A stretch of DNA of 64,000 nt from an uncultured Candidatus Binatia bacterium (GTDB lineage Bacteria; Desulfobacterota; Binatia; DP-6), in contig CAZUDO010000100.1 of assembly GCA_964618895.1 (NCBI GenBank), forward strand, positions 1,044 through 65,043, written 5' to 3'. Shown here in pieces: positions 55,985-64,000 of this stretch. Below the pieces are notes generated by a model, which worked only from the letters and a program-made list of their open reading frames with translations, was not told the origin of the DNA and ran no database searches. The position numbers were made by a program, and so were the translations under genes. Positions within the stretch are counted from its first letter, which is position 1. Every line of letters starts with the position of its first letter.

Positions 55985-56449
55985 ATGCCGTCCCGTCGCC
56001 ACGCCATCGCCCTCAGCGCCGAGGAGCAACGTCGCTACCTCGAGGAATCGCACACCATCATCCTCACCACCCTCGATCGCCACGGGTACCCGCACTCGGT
56101 CGCCATGTGGTACGTCGTCGAGCCCGACGGCGCGGTGGCAATGACCACCTTCACCAAGGCGCAGAAGATTGTGAACCTGCGCCGCGACCCGCGCTGCGCC
56201 CTCCTGGTCGAGAGCGGCCGCACCTATCCCGAGCTGAAGGGCCTCCTCATCCGCGGCCGCGCCACCATCGACGCCGACACGGACCATGTCCTCGAGGTCC
56301 TCGGCCGCATTCACGAGAAGTACAACCAGGGGCAGGCCGCCGAGGTGCACGACGCCCTGCTGGGACAGGCCCGCAAGCGCGTGGTCATCCGCATCCCCGC
56401 CGAGCGGGTGGCGAGCTGGGACCACCACAAGCTGGCCGGCGTGTATTGA
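55985..56449 (+). CDS. Pyridoxamine 5'-phosphate oxidase family (PPOX-class, FMN/F420-binding split-barrel) protein
   Basis: LEESHTIILTTLDRHGYPHSVAMWYVVEPDGAVAMTTFTKAQKIVNLRRDPRCALLVESG fits the split-barrel pattern. Confidence 0.75.
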   Translation: MPSRRHAIALSAEEQRRYLEESHTIILTTLDRHGYPHSVAMWYVVEPDGAVAMTTFTKAQKIVNLRRDPRCALLVESGRTYPELKGLLIRGRATIDADTDHVLEVLGRIHEKYNQGQAAEVHDALLGQARKRVVIRIPAERVASWDHHKLAGVY

Positions 56450-56453
56450 GCCG

Positions 56454-59400
56454 CTACGACACGCCCTGCGCCTTCAGGCACTCCGGCAGCGGCGCCCCGT
56501 CGGGACACTGGCGAAGGAACGCCTTCAGGCGGTTGATGGCGCGATCGAGCCGCTTCTGGCGCTTGCTGCCGCGGTCCGGCTTGGGCGTCTGCACCGCCGC
56601 CACGGCCTGATCGGCCTTGCGCCACTGCTTGGCGATCCTCTTCGCAATCTTCCGATCGGAGCATTCGCGCGAGACCTTGCCTAGGCAGCAGTCCGTCCGG
56701 CCGATGCCGGTGCTGGGCTCGTTCCTGCAGCCCACCCCCGCCTCGCAGCGGTCGATGGTGAGACAGTCACCGTCGTCGCAGGTCTTGTCGGCAACCCCGA
56801 CGCAGACGGCGTGGTCGCACGTACCGTCGCGACAGGGGTCCGCGGGCGTGCACTTGTCGCCCTCCGGTTTGACGACGCAGCCCGTGGCCGGGTCGCACAC
56901 GCCGGTGAGGCAGGAGCCGTCGCAGGCCAGCGACGCCCCGCCCGTGCAGGTGCCGTCGGTCTCGCCGCTGCAGTGATCCGCGGTCGTGCACGCGTTGCCG
57001 TCGTCACACGGCGTGGTTGCCGGTCGGGGCACGCAACCCTGCGCCGGCATGCACGCGCCGGTGAGGCACGGCCCGTCGCACGCGGGCGTGTCGGTCCCCG
57101 TCACGCACGTTCCGTCGGCCTGACACCGATCGCCCACCGTACAGCGGTTACCATCCTCGCAGGCGCTCCCGGCCGGGGCGAACACACACCCGGTCTGCGG
57201 ATCACAGGCGCCGGTCTCGCACGGACCAGCACACAGCACGGCCGTACCCGGCACGCAGGCGTTGCCGGTCCCGCTGCAGCGATCCCCCACGGTGCACTCG
57301 TTGCCATCGTCGCAGGTCGCCTCGGCGGTCTTGGGGAGGCAGCCCAGAAGCGGGTGGCACACGCCGGTCAGGCACGGGCCGTCGCAGGAGCGCGCGGGCC
57401 CCGGGACGCAGACGTTGCCATCGCCGCTGCAGTGATCGCCGATCGTGCACACGCTATTGTCGCCGCACCGCCCGCTCGCCGCCTGCGGCACACACCCCTG
57501 CTGGGGATCGCAGTCGCCGGTCAGACACGCGCCCCGGCACTCGACGCTCCGGCCGCGACAGGTGCCACCGCTGCAGCGATCGTCGACGGTGCACAGGCTG
57601 CCATCGTCGCAGGGCGTGTCCGCGGGCGTGGCCACGCAGCCGCGCTGCGGCTCGCAGACTCCGGTCAGGCAGCCCCCATCGCAGCGCCGGACCTCCGCCC
57701 CCGAGATGCACATACCCCCTTCGCCACACTGGTCGCCCAGCGTGCAGAGGTTGGTGTCTTCGCAGGGCTCGCCGACCGCCTTCGGGAGGCAGCCGGCGAC
57801 CTGGTCGCACACCCCCAGGTCGCACGTCCCGTTGCACCGTCGCGCGGCCCCGGCGATGCACACGTCGGAGGTGCCGCTGCAGTGGTCGTTCACGGTGCAG
57901 GCATTGCCCTCCTCGCACAACGCGCTGCTCGGCCGCGGGACGCAGCCGGTGAAGGTATTGCACGCCCCGGTCAAGCACTGGCCGCTGCAGTCGCGGGCCG
58001 GGCCGGCGAGGCAGACATTCCCCTCGCCGCTGCAGTGGTCGCCGACGGTGCATGCGTTGTTGTCGACGCACGGCTCGGCGGCCGCCTTGGGGACGCAGCC
58101 CCGCTGCGGGTCGCACGCGCCGGTAAGGCACGTGGCGACGCACGAGAGCGTGCCGGTCCCCGCCACACAGGTGTCGGCGGTGCCACTGCAGCGGTCGCCG
58201 ACGGTGCACGCGTCGCCATCGTCGCACGCCGCGGTGCTCGGCTTGGCGATGCAGCCGCGCGTCGGATCGCAGCCGAGGCACTGGCCGCCGCAGTCGAACG
58301 CGTCCCCCGTGCATACGCTGGGCTCGCCGCCGCTGCAGTGGTCGTCCACCGTGCACGGGTTGCCGTCGTCGCAGCGCGTGCTGGCGGGCTGATCGGCGCA
58401 CACCGCCGGGTCGCAGAGCGGAATCTCGCGCGACACCGTGCGCCCGGCGGGATCGGTCTTGGACACGCGCAGCTGGAGCGGCGCAAAGCAGTCGAACGGC
58501 ATCCGGAAGGCGACCATCGTCGGGGTGACGGCGTCGGGACTGAGGGTGGCCAGGACACCGCGGTCGGCGTTCAGCAGCTCGATCCGGTTGGCGCTCGTCC
58601 GCCCCGGGTTCTCGACCGAGCAGGGCGCGACCGGCTCCGTCGCCCCGGCACAGCCGGTGCCCTCGATGGCGTTGAAGTTGTCGCCGAAGACGCGCACCAC
58701 CGCGCCCTTGGCCGGGCGCGAGGGCGTCACCGTCGTGAGCACCAGCGCGCCGGCCCGCGGGCCGCTCGGGCTCCCCAGGTCCACGCCCGCGCCCGGCCCG
58801 AGGACCACGTCCTGCGCCTGCACGTTCGCCGTCAAGCACGAGTTGCCGATCCCGCAGTGCTCCCACTGGTTGCCGTGCGCCGGCAACAGCGCGCCCGCGA
58901 CGCGATGCTTCAGGTTGGCGCCGGTCGACAGACGCGGGTTCCGGTTCCAGGTGAAGGCGTTCCGGCCCGGATCGGTGGCCGTGCCGAAGTCGACCTCGGG
59001 TCCGGGCCGCCCCGTCGCCTGCGCTTGCGAGGCGCCGATGCCCTCCGAGTTGTCGAGCGGGGCACACGTGGGCGGCACCGCGTCACAGGCCGTCCCCGAG
59101 CCGTCGTCGCCCTCGCAACAGTCGGCGGCGGTCTTGCACGGCGTCCCCTCGTCGCCCGGGTCGGGCTCGCACACACCGCTGATGCCGGCGTTGCGGTTGC
59201 ACACGAAGGCCGTGCCCCGGAAGCGGGCGCGCGGAGTCGTCCCGACCGGGCCACGCTCGGTGGTCTCGACCTTGCTCCCCGCGAACTGATTGTCGGCCAC
59301 ATAGTCGTTGCTGAAGCTCGCCTCCGAGTTGTCGGTGACCGAGATGCCGCGCCCGCCGGCGAAGCGGACGATGTTACCACGCGTCTCCATGAAACTCCGG

Positions 59401-60611
59401 TCGGCCGTACGGCCGGTGACCGAGAGACCGTTGCCCGACGGGCCGGGGACGTTCCGCTGGATCAGGTTGTCGCGCGCCACTACGTGGCCGCCCATGGTGC
59501 TCTGCACGCCGCCGTTCCGGTTGTCGTGCACGCAGCTCTGGCGGAGCTCCACCTGGGCGCCGGTGGTCACCTTGAGGCCGCGATCGCGCGCGTTCCGGAC
59601 CTCGCACTGCTCGATCACGTTGCCGGTGGCGTCGGTGTCGGCGCTGGTGGCATCGCCGCACGAGGGTCCCACGACGACGCACCGCTCGACGCGGTTGTTG
59701 CGCGCCCCGGCCCCGCTCATGGCCAGCGTGTCCCACTGTCGCGACACGCCGTCGACCCGGCAGGGCGTGTCGAGCGCGCCGCCGTGCAGCTCGAGCCCGC
59801 GCAGCACGTTGTCACCGCCGACGACGCGCAGCAGGGCGAGGCCTCTCGTCGGAGGGTCAGCATCGTCGTCGGCCCCCGCCAGGAGCACGACGCCGCCTGC
59901 GCGGGCATCGGCGTCGAGCGCGTCGATGACGAAGCGCGACCCGGACAGGCAGAGTGCGACGTTCCGGCAGGCCTCGAGCGGCGTGGCGACCGGCCGGCCG
60001 ATCTCGATCGTGCGGGGTGCTGCCGTTCCCGGAAATGCCGCCCGCGCGAACGTGACTAGCGCCCGGTCGCCGGGATGGGCGGCGGTGTACTGCGCCGCCG
60101 CGTCGAGCTGTGCCCGCAGGTCGACCTCGGTCGCCTCGCTCACAACGAAGGCGCGCGGGTAGATCGTCCAGGTGACCACATTGCCCGCCGGGTCGGCGAG
60201 AAAGACCGCCGCCGTCGCCTGGACCTGCGGCGCAGAGTCGCGCACGGTCACCGTCAGCCGGTTCACCCACGCCCCGGGGCGGAGCCCTTCGAGGCGACCG
60301 CAGGCGCTCAAGCCAGTTCCCAAGCACGTGAGGGTTTGCGTGTAGGTCGTGGCCCCACCCCCGGCACAGGTCGCATCGGGGGCCACCAACGCCCCCTCGA
60401 CCGTGACCAGGAGCTCCACGTCCGCGCTGCTGTTGTCGACCAGCACATCGACGGCCGCGGGCGCCACCGGACACGGCTGCGCGAGTCCGGGCGCGGGACG
60501 GAGTACTGCCCCCAGCACGAGCAAGAGAGCACACCCCCAGCGTCGAATCCCTCGCACGGAATGGTACCGGAGCAAACCCTGTACCCCGGAACAGCTTGAT
60601 CCACGGCGCAT
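56454..60611 (-). CDS. Giant secreted protein: N-terminal domain, parallel beta-helix region, about 11 Myxococcus-type cysteine-rich repeats and a basic helical C-terminus
   Basis: Signal peptide RRWGCALLLVLGAVLRPAPGLAQP (ATG 60611). Beta-helix turns (NVIEQCEVRN, RDNLIQRN, VTDNSEASFSNDYVADN). Repeats CDDGNxCTVxDxCSGxxxxCxxGxxxxCxGxCLTGxCDPxxGCVP. Confidence 0.75.
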   Translation of the reverse strand: MRRGSSCSGVQGLLRYHSVRGIRRWGCALLLVLGAVLRPAPGLAQPCPVAPAAVDVLVDNSSADVELLVTVEGALVAPDATCAGGGATTYTQTLTCLGTGLSACGRLEGLRPGAWVNRLTVTVRDSAPQVQATAAVFLADPAGNVVTWTIYPRAFVVSEATEVDLRAQLDAAAQYTAAHPGDRALVTFARAAFPGTAAPRTIEIGRPVATPLEACRNVALCLSGSRFVIDALDADARAGGVVLLAGADDDADPPTRGLALLRVVGGDNVLRGLELHGGALDTPCRVDGVSRQWDTLAMSGAGARNNRVERCVVVGPSCGDATSADTDATGNVIEQCEVRNARDRGLKVTTGAQVELRQSCVHDNRNGGVQSTMGGHVVARDNLIQRNVPGPSGNGLSVTGRTADRSFMETRGNIVRFAGGRGISVTDNSEASFSNDYVADNQFAGSKVETTERGPVGTTPRARFRGTAFVCNRNAGISGVCEPDPGDEGTPCKTAADCCEGDDGSGTACDAVPPTCAPLDNSEGIGASQAQATGRPGPEVDFGTATDPGRNAFTWNRNPRLSTGANLKHRVAGALLPAHGNQWEHCGIGNSCLTANVQAQDVVLGPGAGVDLGSPSGPRAGALVLTTVTPSRPAKGAVVRVFGDNFNAIEGTGCAGATEPVAPCSVENPGRTSANRIELLNADRGVLATLSPDAVTPTMVAFRMPFDCFAPLQLRVSKTDPAGRTVSREIPLCDPAVCADQPASTRCDDGNPCTVDDHCSGGEPSVCTGDAFDCGGQCLGCDPTRGCIAKPSTAACDDGDACTVGDRCSGTADTCVAGTGTLSCVATCLTGACDPQRGCVPKAAAEPCVDNNACTVGDHCSGEGNVCLAGPARDCSGQCLTGACNTFTGCVPRPSSALCEEGNACTVNDHCSGTSDVCIAGAARRCNGTCDLGVCDQVAGCLPKAVGEPCEDTNLCTLGDQCGEGGMCISGAEVRRCDGGCLTGVCEPQRGCVATPADTPCDDGSLCTVDDRCSGGTCRGRSVECRGACLTGDCDPQQGCVPQAASGRCGDNSVCTIGDHCSGDGNVCVPGPARSCDGPCLTGVCHPLLGCLPKTAEATCDDGNECTVGDRCSGTGNACVPGTAVLCAGPCETGACDPQTGCVFAPAGSACEDGNRCTVGDRCQADGTCVTGTDTPACDGPCLTGACMPAQGCVPRPATTPCDDGNACTTADHCSGETDGTCTGGASLACDGSCLTGVCDPATGCVVKPEGDKCTPADPCRDGTCDHAVCVGVADKTCDDGDCLTIDRCEAGVGCRNEPSTGIGRTDCCLGKVSRECSDRKIAKRIAKQWRKADQAVAAVQTPKPDRGSKRQKRLDRAINRLKAFLRQCPDGAPLPECLKAQGVS
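56700..58400 (-). repeat. Coding tandem repeats (about 144-nt period, roughly 11 units) encoding the cysteine-rich repeats
   Basis: Recurrent gtcgcacacgccggtgaggca / gcagtgatc... blocks on the plus strand. Many antisense shadow ORFs (for example 56811..60059) arise here. Confidence 0.5.
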
Positions 60612-60747
60612 CTGGCCGCGCCAACATTCCGGATCTTGCAACCCTGCAAGTCGAGGGCGAGTTTTTCGGCCGTTGGGGCTCCGCCGGGCGGGACCGGGTT
60701 TTGGGGTGGCGACCCGGCTGCCGGCCGGAGTAGATTCCGGCCATTCC

Positions 60748-61902
60748 ATGCGTCTGGCGCTCTCCCTTCTGCTCGTCGTCGTTGCGGGGCTCGCTCTCGC
60801 ACACCACCGCCAGAGCGACGCCGTGCTGCCGCTCCCGGCCGGCGGTGACGTGGTCTTTCCGCGCGTGCCTCCGCCGGGCAAGAAGACGCTCGCGCTCGTC
60901 CGGCCCGGCCCCGGCGGCACCGAAGTCGTCGGGTTCACCCCGTTTCGCGCCCGGGATGCCGCGTCCGTCGTGTTCGCCACCGGCAACAACGCCAACCCGA
61001 CGGTGTCCTACCGCGGCGTCGTCTTCGCCTGGGACTCCGACGCCGACCCGCTCGGCAGCGGCGCCCCGGGGCGGCAGGTCTTCCTCAAGGCGGGCGGGAC
61101 CCTCATGCAGGCCGCCGTCGATCCCACCGGCACGAGCGAGAACCCGGCACTCGACCCGCGCGACCTCCATCTGGTCTTCGACTCGACCGGGGACCTGGCC
61201 GGCGCCGGCAACGCGGGCGCGCGGCAGGTCTTCGTGCGGCGGCCGGACGGCACGCTCGTCCAGGTGAGCCGCGGCACCGGTACCAGTCGCAACGCCGTCG
61301 TGAACACCCTCGCCGGCCTGATCGCGTTCGCGTCGACGAGCGACGCCCGCACCGGCGCCGACACGGGCGTCACCCAGCTCTGGCTCGCGCCGCTGGCGGG
61401 CGGACCGGCCACACCGCTGACCAGCGGCGCCGGCTCGAGCGACAAGCCCGTCGTGTCGAGCGACGGCCGCGTGCTGGTGTTCGAGAGCGCCGCCGCGCTC
61501 GCCACCGACGCCCACGACACCGGCGTGCCGCAGGTGTTCGCCTACGACCCGCGCACCGCCACCTTCGCCCAGATCACGACCGACGCAGGCGGCTGCACCG
61601 ACCCTGCCGTCAGCCGGATCAAGCGCGACTGGCGCATCACGTTCGTGTGCGAGGGTGCGGCGTTCTTCTACATGCTGCGCGCCGACCAGCGCCATCACGT
61701 CGCCACCGACGGCGGCCATACCAGCGCCATCGTGCCCCAGTTCGGTGTCCACTTCGTGGTGGTGAGCACCACCGCCGACCTGATCGCCGGAGGCGTCACG
61801 CCGACGCACCAGGCCTACGTCGTGAACCTATTCAAGCGCCCCGCGGTGCCGGTGCCCGGCACCGCCGTGTGGTTCCCGTCGCGCGGCATCCCGCCCTTCT
61901 GA
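60748..61902 (+). CDS. Secreted TolB-like (PD40/WD40-like) beta-propeller protein
   Basis: Signal peptide MRLALSLLLVVVAGLALA. Repeated G..QVF......DG..L.F.S......L..DP-type PD40-like blades. Confidence 0.65.
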   Translation: MRLALSLLLVVVAGLALAHHRQSDAVLPLPAGGDVVFPRVPPPGKKTLALVRPGPGGTEVVGFTPFRARDAASVVFATGNNANPTVSYRGVVFAWDSDADPLGSGAPGRQVFLKAGGTLMQAAVDPTGTSENPALDPRDLHLVFDSTGDLAGAGNAGARQVFVRRPDGTLVQVSRGTGTSRNAVVNTLAGLIAFASTSDARTGADTGVTQLWLAPLAGGPATPLTSGAGSSDKPVVSSDGRVLVFESAAALATDAHDTGVPQVFAYDPRTATFAQITTDAGGCTDPAVSRIKRDWRITFVCEGAAFFYMLRADQRHHVATDGGHTSAIVPQFGVHFVVVSTTADLIAGGVTPTHQAYVVNLFKRPAVPVPGTAVWFPSRGIPPF

Positions 61903-62046
61903 TCTCCACGTTTGCGTCGCGTCAACGGAGCGCCGGCAGGACACCGTGTCGAGGGGGGCTTCGCATTGGGATCCGATATGCCCTATTCCTGGCCGTTCGC
62001 GGACGCGGCGCTTGGACGCCGTCGGTCCGGGAAGTACTACCCGCGC

Positions 62047-63792
62047 ATGCCCCAACGCCACCGTTCACCAGAAATCGCCGGGTTTGCCGGCCTCGGCCTG
62101 GATCCGCGACTCCTCGCAGGCCTCACCGCCCTCGGCTACGAGGAGCCGACGCCGATCCAGGTCGCCGCCATCCCCCCCCTCCTCGCCGGCCGCGATCTCC
62201 TGGCCCAGGCCGCCACCGGCACCGGCAAGACGGCCGCCTTCGCCCTCCCCCTGCTGCACCGCCTGACGCCCGAGGCCCCGCCGCGGGACCGGGTCTCGGC
62301 CCTGATCCTGGTGCCAACCCGCGAGCTGGCGATGCAGGTGGCGGAGGCCGTGCATCGGTACGGGAAGGTGCTGGGCGTGCGGGTCCTGCCGATCTACGGC
62401 GGCGCCTCGATGAGCGCGCAGATCCGGTCGCTCCGCCGTGGCGTGGACGTGGTGATCGCGACGCCGGGGCGGGCCCTGGATCACATCCGGCGCGAGACCT
62501 TGCAGCTCAAGTCGGTACGACTCGTCGTGCTGGACGAAGCCGACGAGATGCTCGACATGGGGTTCGCCGAAGACCTGGAGGCCATCCTCTCCGCGACCCC
62601 GGACCAGAAGCAAACGGCCCTCTTTTCCGCTACGCTGCCACCCCGCATCTCGGCGATCGCGCGCGCGCATCTCGAGAACCCCGTCACCATCGAGATCGAC
62701 CAGGCCGTCGTGCGCGCCGGCACCACCGCCAAGGTGCGGCAGGTCGCCTACATCGTGCCGCGGCCCCACAAGATGGCAGCCCTCGGGCGCGTGCTCGACA
62801 TCGAGCATCCCGTCTCCGCGATCGTGTTCTGCCGAACCCGTATCGAGGTGGACGAGTTGGCCGAGACGCTCACCGCTCGCGGCTACCGCGCCGAAGCGCT
62901 CCACGGCGGCCTGTCGCAGGATCAACGCGATCGGGTGATGCAGAAGTTCCGCGGCAAGAAGGCGGATCTCCTGATCGCCACCGACGTGGCCGCGCGCGGA
63001 CTCGACGTCCAGCACGTCTCGCACGTGGTGAACTACGACGTGCCCGTCGCCGCCGATGCGTACGTGCACCGCATCGGACGCACCGGGCGCGCAGGACGGG
63101 CCGGGGTGGCGATCACGCTGGCCGAGCCGCGCGAGCACCGCATGCTGCGCAACATCGAGCGCGTCACGAAGCAACGCATCGAGATCGCACCGCTGCCGAC
63201 GGTGGCGGACCTGCAGGCACGGCGGCAGGAGACGACCCGCGCCAGGTTACGGGAGACGATCCTCGCGGGGGACCTCGACGGCTACCGCGGGATCGTCGAG
63301 TCGCTGGCCGACGAGTTCGACGTGATGGACGTGGCAGCTGCCGCCGTGAAGCAGGCGGACACGCACGCGGGGGGCGGCGAGGAAGAGGAGATTCCGGCAG
63401 TGTCCGAGCGCCCCGAACATCGGGCCCGAGCGGACCGACCGTCGAAGGCGCGCGGTCGCGACCAGGCCTCCACCGACATGGCGCGCCTCTTCATCGGCGG
63501 CGGGCGCGCGCAACGGATCACGCCCGCCGATCTGGTCGGGGCGATCGCCAACGAGGCCGGCGTGAGCGGTCGGGCGATCGGGGCGATCCGGATCGACGAG
63601 CGCCACTCGCTGGTGGAGGTGCCGAGCGCGATCGCCGACCGGGTGGTCGCCGCGCTGCGCGCCACATACATCAAGGGCAAGCGGCTGCCGGTGCGACGGG
63701 ACCAACAGGCCGGGGATCGGGAGCGAGACGGCGAGCAGCCTGTTCAGGACGGTTCTCACCCATCGTTGCGCCGGCGAGTGGATCGGTGGTAG
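62047..63792 (+). CDS. deaD: DEAD-box ATP-dependent RNA helicase (DeaD/CsdA-like) with a C-terminal DbpA-type RNA-binding domain
   Basis: Q-motif region. AQAATGTGKTAAF (motif I). DEADEMLDMGF (motif II). SAT. HRIGRTGRAGRAG (motif VI). C-terminal ARLFIGGGRAQRITPADLVGAI. Confidence 0.9.
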   Translation: MPQRHRSPEIAGFAGLGLDPRLLAGLTALGYEEPTPIQVAAIPPLLAGRDLLAQAATGTGKTAAFALPLLHRLTPEAPPRDRVSALILVPTRELAMQVAEAVHRYGKVLGVRVLPIYGGASMSAQIRSLRRGVDVVIATPGRALDHIRRETLQLKSVRLVVLDEADEMLDMGFAEDLEAILSATPDQKQTALFSATLPPRISAIARAHLENPVTIEIDQAVVRAGTTAKVRQVAYIVPRPHKMAALGRVLDIEHPVSAIVFCRTRIEVDELAETLTARGYRAEALHGGLSQDQRDRVMQKFRGKKADLLIATDVAARGLDVQHVSHVVNYDVPVAADAYVHRIGRTGRAGRAGVAITLAEPREHRMLRNIERVTKQRIEIAPLPTVADLQARRQETTRARLRETILAGDLDGYRGIVESLADEFDVMDVAAAAVKQADTHAGGGEEEEIPAVSERPEHRARADRPSKARGRDQASTDMARLFIGGGRAQRITPADLVGAIANEAGVSGRAIGAIRIDERHSLVEVPSAIADRVVAALRATYIKGKRLPVRRDQQAGDRERDGEQPVQDGSHPSLRRRVDRW

Positions 63793-63910
63793 GTTTATTC
63801 AGTCCTCTTGTTTGAGCGTGTATCCCTGCGTCGGCTTCATTCGCGTTCGGTCTCTCGCCCAAGCAACTGCGATAAAATTCAGTGAGCCCGGACAGGGCGA
63901 GGAGACAGTG

Positions 63911-64000
63911 ATGGGCAAGAAGCTATTCGTAGGGAATCTGTCGTTCGACACGAGCAGCGCGGATCTGGAGACGCTGTTCGCACAGGCAGGCACGTGTGAG
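63911..64000 (+). CDS. RRM-type RNA-binding protein (5' part; continues beyond the window)
   Basis: MGKKLFVGNLSFDTSSADLETLFAQAG carries the RNP2 motif LFVGNL. GGAG lies 8 nt upstream of the ATG. Confidence 0.6.
   Translation, partial: MGKKLFVGNLSFDTSSADLETLFAQAGTCE

Noticed and set aside
43075-58400. Possible CRISPR array suggested by regular tandem repeats
   Set aside because: The repeats have about a 144-nt period, are imperfect, lie entirely inside long ORFs and encode the cysteine-rich protein repeats. There is no short repeat and unique spacer structure, and no cas genes.
1-64000. Transposases, IS elements, toxin-antitoxin pairs, restriction-modification or other recognisable defence genes
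   Set aside because: None of the supported ORFs shows DDE transposase, methyltransferase-endonuclease, Cas or abortive-infection motifs. The only mobile-DNA signature is the tRNA-Lys integrative element.

Overview
This 64 kb window is about 70% GC and is densely coding. Its gene content suggests a Myxococcota-like deltaproteobacterium. This is an inference from Myxococcus-type cysteine-rich repeats, calcium-binding thrombospondin-type-3 (TSP3) aspartate repeats, prkA/spoVR, a sigma-54 enhancer-binding protein and giant secreted adhesins. The window begins inside a small, low-GC (about 50%) ORF whose last 41 residues carry eight cysteines with inhibitor-cystine-knot spacing. From 650 to 3814 lie a secreted YVTN beta-propeller protein and two tandem paralogues of a secreted protein family. 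These paralogues share a conserved N-terminal xVLC...C..ETP(V/L)D motif and a short collagen-like stalk. A roughly 5.3-6.3 kb integrative element then sits next to tRNA-Lys(UUU) at 10176..10248. It encodes an AlpA-like HTH, an AEP primase-polymerase fused to an SF3 helicase, coupled small ORFs, a second excisionase-like HTH, an XRE regulator and a tyrosine integrase that reads through into the tRNA. It looks like a P4/PICI-like satellite core. Beyond the tRNA are an MFS remnant, a third member of the secreted family, a small secreted protein and two translationally coupled radical-SAM/SPASM paralogues with no annotated substrate. Without the element, all of these would form one contiguous cluster. 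That inferred cluster is my main candidate for an undescribed maturation or secreted-protein system. The rest of the window holds csp, a NYN gene, a roughly 2056-aa TSP3-repeat protein with an internal module duplication, gltX with tRNA-Gln and tRNA-Glu, the prkA-yeaH-spoVR-fmdB stress module with an NtrB/NtrC-like pair, thiE, a large di-haem peroxidase whose promoter carries tandem direct repeats next to an OmpR-type two-component pair, dnaB, a HAD hydrolase, a thiolase, two more cysteine-repeat and beta-helix secreted proteins, an FrhB-family Fe-S flavoprotein, an MFS transporter, a glycosylation-like locus, ychF, NUDIX, a PPOX-class protein, a roughly 1385-aa beta-helix and cysteine-repeat protein, a TolB-like protein, deaD and an RRM protein. 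I found no CRISPR array and no transposase. Many arginine/proline-rich ORFs in the track are antisense or alternative-frame artefacts of the high GC.
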